Assembly: GCA_963662655.2 (NCBI GenBank)
Contig: CAXXTU010000002.1
Coordinates: 2,496,001-2,560,000, forward strand
Length of the DNA: 64,000 nt
DNA from: Candidatus Cloacimonadales bacterium
GTDB taxonomy: Bacteria; Cloacimonadota; Cloacimonadia; Cloacimonadales; JAIOQZ01
Direction: 5' to 3'
Shown: one piece after another, positions 29,987-40,600 of the stretch
How the letters are laid out: every line of letters starts with the position of its first letter
How positions within the stretch are numbered: the first letter of the stretch is position 1
The notes under the pieces: model-generated
Told to the model about the DNA's origin: nothing
Seen by the model: only the letters and a program-made list of their open reading frames with translations
Databases searched by the model: none
Translations under genes and position numbers: made by a program

Positions 29987-31425
29987 TGCGAACCTCCTAC
30001 GCGAATCTTTCTGAACCGTGCAAGCGACGCCCCGTGGGTCATGCGTCCCGATTGACTGGGCTGCCCTTTTCCACAATTGATGATTCCGAAAGTCTGGAAG
30101 AAGCGCTCGTCGCAAATCGCGTCGCAGCTGTTCCAGAACTCGGGATTGTTGGAGCGATAAATCACCTTTTTCAGCATGCGGTCTTTCTTTCCGTTCTTGA
30201 TTTCCCAGAACATGTCACCGCCGAACTGGAAGTTGACGCGGTGCTGGTCGATTGAGAAGGAGCCCTGCCCCTCGATGTAAACGCCGTCGTCGGTATCGGA
30301 AATGAGTTGTTGCGGGGTCAGTTCCTTCTTGCCCGGCTGAAGATACAGGTTCGGTATGCGGTTGATCGGGAAATCGTGGTAGTAGGTTGCCCGGCAGCAT
30401 CCGCGACTCATCGTCTCGCCGATGTGCATCGCCGTATCGCGCGTGGTGCCGTATTCGTTCAAGATGCCGTCCTTGACGATATGCCATTTCTGATTGGGCA
30501 CGCCGTCGTCATCGTAACCGGCGGTGGCGAGTCCCGCTTCCAGCGTGTTATCGCCAAAGAAATTCACGATCTCGGAGCCGTATCGGTAGTTCTTGAGTTT
30601 TTCAGGCGTCGCGAAGGATATGCCGGCAAAATCCGCCTCCCAGCCGAGAACGCGGTCGAGCTCCGTAGGGTGCCCAACGGATTCGTGCATGGTAAGGGAA
30701 AGATGCATGGGATCGAGGAGCAAGTCGCGTCGTTTCTCTTCATGCAGAACGTCAGCATAGCACTTCTGGATCGCTTGCTCGGCTACGCGGGGAGCGTTAC
30801 CCTGGAAATCCATCTGCTCCAGCATCTCCCAGCCCATGTTTCGTCCGCCAACACAGTACATCCTCGACTGGCTGTCGTTGTTGGCTACTGCCGTGGCGAC
30901 GAGCATCGGAGCCACGACCGTCGTATGGATATCCAAATCGGACCCCAGCGTCGAAACAAACTGCTTGTGGTTGGTTTCCACACGACTAATGAACATCGCG
31001 ATACGAATCGGCTTGTAGTTCATGACAGCGCGGTTCGTTTCGAGCATCATATCGACCTTTTCCTTGAGGGATATCTGGAACGGATCCTTCTCGACCTTCG
31101 TTTTGAACTGGTCGATATATCCCCGTTCAGCCGCGAGCTCGATGCCGTTTCCCACTCTCACGCGAGCGGATGCTTCCGCGATCCGGACCGCCTGTTCCGC
31201 GGTCGCGGCCACAGCATCGGCCGTAAAAATATTGTTATGCGCAAAGCCCCACGCTCCGTTTTTCAGTACGCGAATTCCATATCCGTACGTGATTCGGTTC
31301 TGTGTGTTTTTCAGGCTCAGGTTCCGCAGAAAAATCACCTCGGATTGTGAGTGCTGGATTCGGATATCAGCATACGTCGCGCCGAGTGATGTTGCTTTTT
31401 CCATTGCGATTGCTGCTAAGTTCAC
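29983..31425 (-). CDS. tldD: TldD-family metalloprotease
   Basis: YADIR, GIRV...GAWGFA, HESVGH, YDDDGV, CGKGQP. Confidence 0.92.
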   Translation of the reverse strand: MNLAAIAMEKATSLGATYADIRIQHSQSEVIFLRNLSLKNTQNRITYGYGIRVLKNGAWGFAHNNIFTADAVAATAEQAVRIAEASARVRVGNGIELAAERGYIDQFKTKVEKDPFQISLKEKVDMMLETNRAVMNYKPIRIAMFISRVETNHKQFVSTLGSDLDIHTTVVAPMLVATAVANNDSQSRMYCVGGRNMGWEMLEQMDFQGNAPRVAEQAIQKCYADVLHEEKRRDLLLDPMHLSLTMHESVGHPTELDRVLGWEADFAGISFATPEKLKNYRYGSEIVNFFGDNTLEAGLATAGYDDDGVPNQKWHIVKDGILNEYGTTRDTAMHIGETMSRGCCRATYYHDFPINRIPNLYLQPGKKELTPQQLISDTDDGVYIEGQGSFSIDQHRVNFQFGGDMFWEIKNGKKDRMLKKVIYRSNNPEFWNSCDAICDERFFQTFGIINCGKGQPSQSGRMTHGASLARFRKIRVGGSQ

Positions 31426-31586
31426 ATATTCCTCCTATCGTCAGGATTTCCACCAATTGCCCATAAAGCCCTTATACAATCCGACCATGATTTTGACAAT
31501 CGAAAAATTGAAAAAGCTGAGTTTAGGAAAAAAAATGTGTACTCTTATTCTCTCATTACTCCAGAGCAAGACCGAACACAGCGCCG

Positions 31587-33776
31587 CTATTTCAACAGTA
31601 GCATCTTCCGGGCGCAGGATTTACCCGAGTTCCGCACTCGATACAGATATACCCCGGACGCGCATGGTCTGCCATAATCATCCCTTCCGTCCCACTCCAC
31701 CGAGTGGTTCCCTGTCGGCTGGAAATCGCGCAAGAGCGTCCTCACCTTCTGGCCGGTGACGTTGTACACTTCTATCTCCGTATATCCCGCCTGATCCAGC
31801 GAATACGATATCACCGTCCGCGGGTTGAAGGGATTCGGGTAGTTCGGGTTCACGGATAACCGGTTTCCTACCGGATCAACTGCATCCTCCGCGCTGCCCA
31901 GGCCGTTTATTTGCGCCAGGACAAGCGAATTCCCGTCGTTGAGCAAGATATTGTTGTCATTCAGATAGAAACCGCGGGAGTCCTGCCACCTGTAGAGCAC
32001 GTTGAACCGATAGTCGGTTATATAATTGTTGAAATAGCAATCCGAGTAGAGATATTTCGATTCGCCATTAAAGGAGCATATATAACCATTCAATAATTGA
32101 TAACCCGGAAGGTCAAACGTATCCAAAAGATATGGATGATCCGGGTCCTCAATATTCATAGGCGTCACGCCAACTTCCGATGGCGCGATAATCGAATCTG
32201 TCAGATATAATTCATGCTCTCCCGGCACAAACATGAGTTCTGTAACGGAATAATCATCCTCAATACGGTAGTAATGGTAACCCAAGTGGTAATAGTAATT
32301 TTCTACGAATATAATATGTCTTGGATCCGTGAACATGCAAATGCTGCAATAGTAATCAGGCCAGAATTCATTAAGAAAAACCAATTGCTCTCCCTCGATG
32401 CGATAGAAACTATAATAAGTCTCTTGATTTTCTATCTTTGCAAAGCAAGCAATATCTTCAAGAATATCTAGCCTGAGGTAATTATTCGGCATATCAAGAT
32501 TGGTTACCGATTCCAACCCGTTATCCCCAAGCTTGACAACCTCGACATACGAATTCTGCTCAAACAACAATACATCCTGATTGTAACGCAAGGTGTTGTC
32601 GAATATCCATCCATTTGTTTCAAAGGGAAGAAAACATCTCTCCTGCAAGTCGTATATTGTGTACCTGATGTCAGCCATGTCATCGACTGAAATACTCATT
32701 AAAAGAAAACGGTTCAGCAGCACTTGCCACACCCAGTACCTGTTTGAATCTGAAAGTAACTGAATATTGTGGAAATCGTGATCTACTTTATACACCCTGT
32801 TCGTTGTAAAAATGAGATAGCCACCCTCAAAGCTCTTAAGATTCGCATCAGAGCCAAGGATATTTGGCTGAATGTCTTCTCTCTGAGTTAACTCGCCATT
32901 CTCCCAATGGAACCGAATAACTGAGAGCTCGGCAATCTCGGAAGCTCCGCAATATACAATTTCTTCTCCATCCAGAACGCTGCATCTATTTGCGACATAA
33001 TACAGCGGAAATGTATCTTCACGGGTAAGCGTCCCATCCTCTTCGAACGAAAAGACTTCCAGAAAAAGATACTCGCCATGATGCGCCGTCAGAAATAAAT
33101 GGTCGTCAAAGTATTCGGCCGTTGTTACCGCGTCGATGTTCTGCCAGTCATCCGTTGCCGGCTGCAACTCCATCGTCGATAAATCCTCACACATCTTTAT
33201 CACGTCCTCATACTCGATGAAGTAGTACCTCCCCGCTCTTTCGAACGCCTTGATGGCAAAACCATTCTCGGAAAATTCCCAAGCTCCGATCAATCGCGGT
33301 TCCAGCAGGTTCGTAACGGAGTAGAGTTCCCAGCTCGAGTGATAATTTCCGTCATCCGGAAAAACCTGATGACACTGAAACATCACGCTATCCATAACGT
33401 CCATCCCCATGTACAGGTAGGCGATCGTGGGTTCTGTCTCATCCAGAATTGTATCGATGTGTTCGAGATTGCCGTCGTGATAGGTATATACATCAATCCC
33501 CTTATGCAATCGTGGGAAGTACAGGGTATCGCCATGCGCAATTGGGATATCTGCACAAAAAGCGACCTGTGTCTCACGATCCAGAACCTCAACGCCGTCA
33601 TCTTCGATTCGTAAAACCTGAATCGTTCGACCCAAGTTCGTTATGTAAACATCCTCATCAACCGAGATTGAACGATAGGGGAAAATCCCTTCAAACTCGA
33701 TGATATCGTTGAATTGAATATCGACTGCCTGAAGCAGCGTAAATGATAGCAGAAGAAAAACGTAAATGCGTTTCAT
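31587..33776 (-). CDS. Secreted hypothetical protein with FlgD-Ig C-terminal domain
   Basis: Signal peptide MKRIYVFLLL; NYPNPFNP...WDGRDD.G..ASGVY...KMLLLK. Confidence 0.8.
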   Translation of the reverse strand: MKRIYVFLLLSFTLLQAVDIQFNDIIEFEGIFPYRSISVDEDVYITNLGRTIQVLRIEDDGVEVLDRETQVAFCADIPIAHGDTLYFPRLHKGIDVYTYHDGNLEHIDTILDETEPTIAYLYMGMDVMDSVMFQCHQVFPDDGNYHSSWELYSVTNLLEPRLIGAWEFSENGFAIKAFERAGRYYFIEYEDVIKMCEDLSTMELQPATDDWQNIDAVTTAEYFDDHLFLTAHHGEYLFLEVFSFEEDGTLTREDTFPLYYVANRCSVLDGEEIVYCGASEIAELSVIRFHWENGELTQREDIQPNILGSDANLKSFEGGYLIFTTNRVYKVDHDFHNIQLLSDSNRYWVWQVLLNRFLLMSISVDDMADIRYTIYDLQERCFLPFETNGWIFDNTLRYNQDVLLFEQNSYVEVVKLGDNGLESVTNLDMPNNYLRLDILEDIACFAKIENQETYYSFYRIEGEQLVFLNEFWPDYYCSICMFTDPRHIIFVENYYYHLGYHYYRIEDDYSVTELMFVPGEHELYLTDSIIAPSEVGVTPMNIEDPDHPYLLDTFDLPGYQLLNGYICSFNGESKYLYSDCYFNNYITDYRFNVLYRWQDSRGFYLNDNNILLNDGNSLVLAQINGLGSAEDAVDPVGNRLSVNPNYPNPFNPRTVISYSLDQAGYTEIEVYNVTGQKVRTLLRDFQPTGNHSVEWDGRDDYGRPCASGVYLYRVRNSGKSCARKMLLLK

Positions 33777-33836
33777 CGATACCTCATTATTAGTGGATAG
33801 GGCTGATTTCAACCCTATCCACTTGATTATGTGATT

Positions 33837-34229
33837 TTACAATCCAGGCTCTTCGTTTTGAGGGGGCGGAGATGGAAAACCGAGATCACACGTTCCAATA
33901 ATGTAAGGAGTCGCGCTCTGCGGACTAAACATTCTACTGCAAGAATCGTTCATCAATGGCAAGTCTTTCCGGCGGCAATTACATATTACCTCTATGTAAC
34001 CATTTCCAGGACCTCTCAAATTCCTTGCAACGTATTTTCCTCCGACATTATTCCCAAAATTCTCATCAAAAGCAATACTTCCTTGATCGACGGTAAATCC
34101 ATCGATCTTTATTATTACTTCTCCCTCAGCCGCACCGTCTTGAGCATGGTATATATTCACATAGTAATCCGCGCCCAACAGCAAACCGGCAGAAACGAGC
34201 AGGATGATTATAATCAGTATGTTTTTCAT
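33837..34229 (-). CDS. Small secreted hypothetical protein
   Basis: AAGGAG RBS; signal peptide MKNILIIIILLVSAGLLLGA; Pro-rich tail. Confidence 0.65.
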   Translation of the reverse strand: MKNILIIIILLVSAGLLLGADYYVNIYHAQDGAAEGEVIIKIDGFTVDQGSIAFDENFGNNVGGKYVARNLRGPGNGYIEVICNCRRKDLPLMNDSCSRMFSPQSATPYIIGTCDLGFPSPPPQNEEPGL

Positions 34230-34562
34230 TGTAACTCCTTTTCTGTTTTGGCTGTAATGCTATTCTTGGCGTCTTGTTCGGAAAACCGGCATAAGCGATC
34301 GAGAAACGGAGTTAAATGAATTTATTTTGCCCCAAGTAGAATATATCACTTAGATGTGCGACATGACATATCGCGCATATTATTATATTACAACATCTTA
34401 TGGTTTCCGGGGGGGGGCATGACTCCTCCTATTTGATTCAATATTTAATCATGAATAATTGTCTGTCAAGTTTTAATAATTATCAAGGATGATTTTATCG
34501 ATAACTCTATGTTGCAACCCTGTGCATAGCGTTTTCTTAAACATGTTTCAGTGAAGGATGGC

Positions 34563-34599
34563 AAAAAGAAAACCGCTCTCTCGCAATGAAAGAGCGGTT
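34563..34599 (-). terminator. Intrinsic terminator after the S8 protease gene
   Basis: AACCGCTCT..AGAGCGGTT plus T-tract on the minus strand. Confidence 0.75.
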
Positions 34600-34620
34600 C
34601 TATCGTTTATTGGTATGTTA

Positions 34621-37600
34621 TCAGTTCTTCGCTTTCACCATGAAGTACTTCATTTCCTCGGATGCGGCCGTTGACCACACGGTAATGTTCGTCTGTCCCA
34701 CTTGCGTGTAAGGGCCTTCCGGCGAGGCCGCGGCATAGATCACGTATTGCGTCGCGTAGGTGGTGGTCGACCATGTTAGGTACACCGTCCCGGCGTCGAT
34801 TTGAATACTCAGGTCGTCGATCGGCAGCGGCTGGTATTTCACACGCAGGTTGATCTGCACTTCCACGATCGCTTCGTCCGGATCGTTGGTCTGAATCTCG
34901 AGCATCGTCTGGTAATCGCCTGAGGTCATTCCCGCCGTGTTCGCGGTCACGGAAATGATCTGGTAACTATCCACGGCCACGGTTCCCGACGTTGGATCGA
35001 ATCCGATCCAGTCGGTTCGCTGCATCTCCCGGCTGCTCGAAAGCGCGCCGGTCAATTCCGTCCGCGTTGCCAGGCTGGCAACGATCCCTTCGGAAATGGA
35101 GTAGTTCAGGCCTGCTTCACCCACATTCGAGATCGCGAATGTTTTCGTCTGCGTGTCGTCGGGATCAACATTGAAGCTGAGAAGTACTGGCGTCACCTCG
35201 ATATCCGGGAACGGCAGATAGACGCCCGTTCCGGTAACAGCCAACTGGTTGCTTGGATAGTTCGTGTCGTTGGAAGTGATGACGATGCTTCCGTTGTACG
35301 TTTCTTCCGCCACAGGCGTCAGCGTCAGGTCGAATGTTTGCGATGAGTATCCCGGAATCAGGTAACTGAGGGCGTTCCTTCCGTTCGATACCGATGCGAC
35401 TTCCTTGCGAGCTGAACCGGTTCTGGTCGTTGAAATCTCGCTCACTGTGTAACCGTCGATGGTCGTGATCGTACCCGACATCTCCGCGAAGCCGTTGTTC
35501 TCGATGGTGAACTGCAATGTCTCACTCGTCTGAAGCGGAACATCGCCAAAAGTCAGCGACGACGGTGTCAGATTGAACGCGGGGTACGTTTCGATGGTGA
35601 GGTTAACCGGGATTACAATCGTTGGCTCATCGGGATCGTTCGAGCTGATCACGATCTCCGCGCTGTGCGTTTCCCCATCAACCATGTCGGCCGTGTCAAT
35701 CGAGAAACCGATTTCCGCTGGACCGCTGTTGCCGGAGAGACTTCCGCTTGTTCCGGACGTCAGGCTGATCCAGTTAACCGCATCGCGTAACTCGACGGCA
35801 AAGAAGGTATCCGGTTCCGTCTGCGCGATACCACAAAGCGCCATCTTGCCTTCGGTCAATTCCGATGTCAGACAAGCGCCTCCTGCTTGCTGTTCGATGA
35901 TAGAGTCGACAAGAACAGGAACGACGATCGATTCGCCCGTGAGCGCTTCCGTGGCAATATCGTATTGATAGAACGTTGTTAACTGATACTCGTCGGGCCC
36001 GGAGATATCGAAAAACCACAGCGTGTGATCGCTTGGATCGTATGCCGAACCGTAGATATTCGAAATCGATGTGGGGATCGCCAGTTCATCCAGGATATTC
36101 CCGCTGGCATCGAACACGATGATTTCACCGTAGGTGTTATTCCAGTTACAGGTGATAAATCCCATGGAAGGGACATAGGAGAGCGCCCGGATACATCCGA
36201 GACCGAAGTTGCTGCTGAAAAGCATGGTCTGAGCGCCCGTTGCGGGATCGATGCGATAGAAACCGTTATCGTCGCCCGCATAGAGGTAGGTGCCGTCGTG
36301 CGCCATGTCCCGCAGACCCCACTGGCTGGTTGTGATCTGATCGTACGTATTCAGCAGGTTTCCGTTCGAATCGAAGCGGTACAGGTAATTACTGTCGTCC
36401 GAGGAACTCGTTAGCCCACCGGCCGTTGTCCAAATCTGTCCCTGGAACACTTCGCAACCGAGGTGTAGCACAGAGCCGGTCGGCGCGTTTACGTCATACT
36501 GAAGCAGCAGATCGCCGGTCGCGCGGATTCCGTTGAATGTAGTGTTGCTCGTCGAAAGGATCGGTACATCGGATTGCCCGTTGGACGTTCCTCCACTACG
36601 CATTCCATGGTATCCCGCATCGACCAGATTGCGGCTCATTTGCGTAACGCTCGCGCTCCAGTTCAGTGTGCCGGCATCCAGATTCATCAGTTGGATGGTT
36701 CCCTGGTCCGTTTGATCCGGTTCAAGCGTATAGTTGAACGACAACGGCGTTGCGTCGATGTCTGGAACAACCTCATCGATCACAAGCGTTACGGGGATCG
36801 TCTCGCTCGCGTGATCGGGATCGTTCGATGTGAGAACAATGTATGCGCTATAGGAGCCGGTCGTTAGGTTATCGCTATCGAAACCGACGCTGATCACATC
36901 GTCGGAACCTCCGCTCGCGATCGTACTATTTACACTTTCGCCGCCATCGAGCGTCAGCCATGTAGAGCTTACCGGGCCGCCTTCTCCATAGATTTCCACG
37001 TTATCCACGGCCCAGTACCACTCGTAGTTCGCATTGTAGTAATGGAATCTGACCTTTAGCTCGCTGTTGATATAGCTCGTAAGATCGATTGTCTTGTGAT
37101 CGGGGGTACTCCAGGAACCGACAGCCGCTCCGGACATGCTCAGCAGGTTATCCCAGGACGAGCCGTTCCACACATCGACATCGGCGATTTCTGTCTGGTA
37201 GTAATAGAAATATTGATCGAACTCCAGGGTCAGGCTCGTGTAGTCCGTCACATCCAGAGTCGGCGTGATCAGAGATTCATCCATATCCACCTGGCCTGCA
37301 CCATCGCTGTCGAGGAACGCGAACGGCGTTCCGTCAAGGGTATTCGTGTCATAGGCAGAAACGACTTCCCATGTGTCTGTTGTTCCGCCACCGTCTTCGA
37401 TTGTCCAGTCGCCCGGCATTCCGCTGTCGAAACTCTCGTCGATCAGATCGGTACGGCTGCGGGACGGGTAATCAACGGTCGCTTCGTACGTAAGAGCAAG
37501 GGCTCCGTTGTTGCCGATGGTCAGATTCTGGCTTGTTTGGGTATCAGGCTCCTGGGCTGCGTTAAAGGAAGCGGGATTCCAGGTTATGGCTGCCGTTGGA

Positions 37601-40600
37601 GGCGTAACACCCTCGCCCGTAACCGCGATGATCTCATCGGCGCCGGCGTTATTCGCGATCACAACATTGCCGTTGTATGATTGGTCGTAGAGCGGCTCGA
37701 AAGTGAGATTGTAGGTTGCGGTATTTCCAGCATCGATCGAGAATGTCAGAGAATTTCTGGTCTTAACGCCTTCACGTACCGATGCACGACTGCGCGTTGC
37801 CAGGGTAACCGTGTATCCACTCGGCGTAACGATTGAACCGGTCAGGATTGCCAGGCCGGTGTTCTGAATCGTAAACTGCTTCGTATCGGTTTGGCCGATC
37901 TCGAGGGTCCCAAACGCCAGAGAAGCCGGATTCACAATGATCTCCGGTTCCGGTTCGGACGTTACATGCAATGTCACCGGCACGACGATCGTTCCTTCGT
38001 CGGTATCGTTGCTTGTAATTGTGATGTTCTTGCTGTAGTCGCCGATCGCAAGGTTTTGCGCGTCGAAACCAACGGTAATCGGAACAGCCGGATCAAGCGC
38101 TTCGATTGTGCCGCTTGCACTCTCTCCTCCATCCAGCGTAAGCCATACGGGGTTCTCGTCCAGATTGAGCTGTACGTTATCGATCGCCCAGTAATAGCCT
38201 TGATTGTTGTTATCGTAGTAGTAGAACATGATCTGCAAAACATTGCCTGCGTATTCGCTAAGGTCGTACACTGGATGAGCAAAGCTGTTGAAGTCCGTTC
38301 CCTGATCGGATGAGAAATTAGCAACGCCATGCCATTCGCTTCCATCGTGAACATAAATCTGAGCGAGTTCATTGGTTCTGACCTTGAACAGATGATCGAG
38401 TTCGAGCGTTATAGAGCTGTATCCAGCCGTGTTAATCATAGAAGATTGAATCATGTCGTAGAATTGGACTCCTTCAGGATAAGCTCCACTGTTAACAAGC
38501 ATGAACGGGGTTCCGTCGAAAGACGCTCCTTCGTAATCGGTAACATTTTCCCATGTTAACCCTGTTACTCCATAATCGAGAATATTCCATCCTGTCGGTA
38601 AACCGGAATCGAAATCAAACAAGTCGATATCGCGGCTTGCGACTTCAGTCACCACAGCACTCCAGGTGAGGTCCATTCCACCAATGTTGTCTATGGTAAG
38701 CGTCTCATTGGCTGTGTTACCCGCAACGATACTCTTCTCGAATGAAAGCGGCGACACCACGATTTCCTGCTCTTGCGGCGCATCCGAAACAACCAGCGAT
38801 ACCGGGATGTCAACAGAGCCGTTGTTGGGATCGTTACTTGCGACATTGATCGTGGCATTGTAAGTCCCGTAGCTCAAACCGGTCGAATTGAATCCGATCT
38901 GAACAGCCTCGTCCGCCCCACTGGCAGCGATGCTTCCTGAAGCGCTTGTTCCGCCATTGAGCGTAAGCCACAACGGACCGGAAAAATCTCCGGTGATACT
39001 TACATTGTCGATTGCCCAGAACAAATCGTAAACGGCATAGTAGTGAAACCGTATTTGAAGCGCGCTATTAGCGTATTCCGTCAAATCGATCGTTTGATGA
39101 TCGGGCAGCGCCCACGAACCCCAGTCAATCAAGCCCGAAGTCCACACATTCTGCCAGGTGGCGCCGTCCCACACTTCCACATCGCCCTGTTCCGTGCCAT
39201 AGCCGTCAATATAGTTGAAGAACTGGTCGAACTCGAGCATGATATTTGTGTAACCGGAACAATCGATGGAGGGAGAAGTCAGGATTTCATCAGTCGTCTG
39301 TCCCGATCCTGCTGCATCGCTGTTTGAGAATGCGAACATGGTTCCATCAAGGCTGGAACTCGAAGAGCCATAAGCATCTTCTCCATACCATGTATCCGTT
39401 GTAGTTCCACCGTCCGTAATCGTCCATGTCCCCGGGATACCTGAATTGAAGTCTTCGCTGAACAGGTCGTCGCGGCTGCGGTCGCTCGAAGCATAGGTCA
39501 CCTGATAGGTAAGCGTCTCGTCGCCGTCGTTTCCAAGGGTCAGCGTCTGGCTTGCCGTCTCGTCGACGTCAAGCGTCTCGGTGAACGAGCCCGGCGTGTA
39601 GGTTATAGTTGCCGGGTTGATACCCGTACCAAATAAACTGATACTTACTTCAGAATTCTCGGGATCGTTGCTTGAAATTGTAACCTCATCGTTGTACGTT
39701 GCGACAGCCGTCGGTTCGAAGAAGAGATGAAGCGTCATGGATGCGCCGGTGGGAATCGCGAATCCGAGAACGTTTCGAGACTGTTCCCGGCTCGCTTCAA
39801 CGTCCCGTAACGATGAAGACACCCGATATCCTTCAGGTGCGAACACCGTACCGGAAAGCGTTTCGCCACCGGTATTGGAAATCTGGAAGCTGGCTGATGA
39901 TGAGCCTCCGACAACGACCTGACCGAAGTCGATCTGTGTCGGCGTGAAGTGGATAGAGGGATCGCCCGTCAGAGGTTCAGGGAAATAAACGAAGTCAACT
40001 CGGGCGCAATCGGAACCATCGCTCTCAGAACCGTCTTTGTCGTACGTCCAGCGGAAGGTATGCGTACCGGGTTCACTTACGTAGTAAGCATGATAGGTCC
40101 ACGGTTCTTCACCGCACCATTGTTCTTCCTGATCGTCATCGACATAGAAGTGAAGATAGTCGTAGCTCGCTTCCGACGATACCATCGAGTAGAACGATAT
40201 GGTACTGCCGCCTGCGCAGTTAAGTGTAATAGCCATCGATGTCTCTTCATTGTGGCTGATCACGCCCGACTTAGCGCAGAATCCGCCCTCGTAGGCATTG
40301 CTCGAATCAATTGTCCACTCGGCATCGCCTTCGAAGAACCAGTCGTTCGCTGTAAAATCTCCGGTCTCGAAGTTTTCGTCAGCCTCAGCGCCTGTCGTGA
40401 AGCTCCAAATTGTGCCTGTTGCGTCGCCGTTGGCGTTGTGAGAATCGACCCTCCAGTAGTAGGTTGACAGGTAATTCAGCCCGGAAACCGATATATAGGG
40501 GGTGGAGGTCGTCTGACCGTTCACCAGGTTCCAGGGAGCTCCGTTGTTCGTTCCTATGAAAACCGTGTAGGAAGATGCGCCGCCGCCGTTGTTCCATTTG

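Noticed and set aside
28700..31425. tldD/tldE as part of a RiPP cluster
   Set aside because: No precursor peptide, YcaO or radical SAM gene adjacent; ordinary pair
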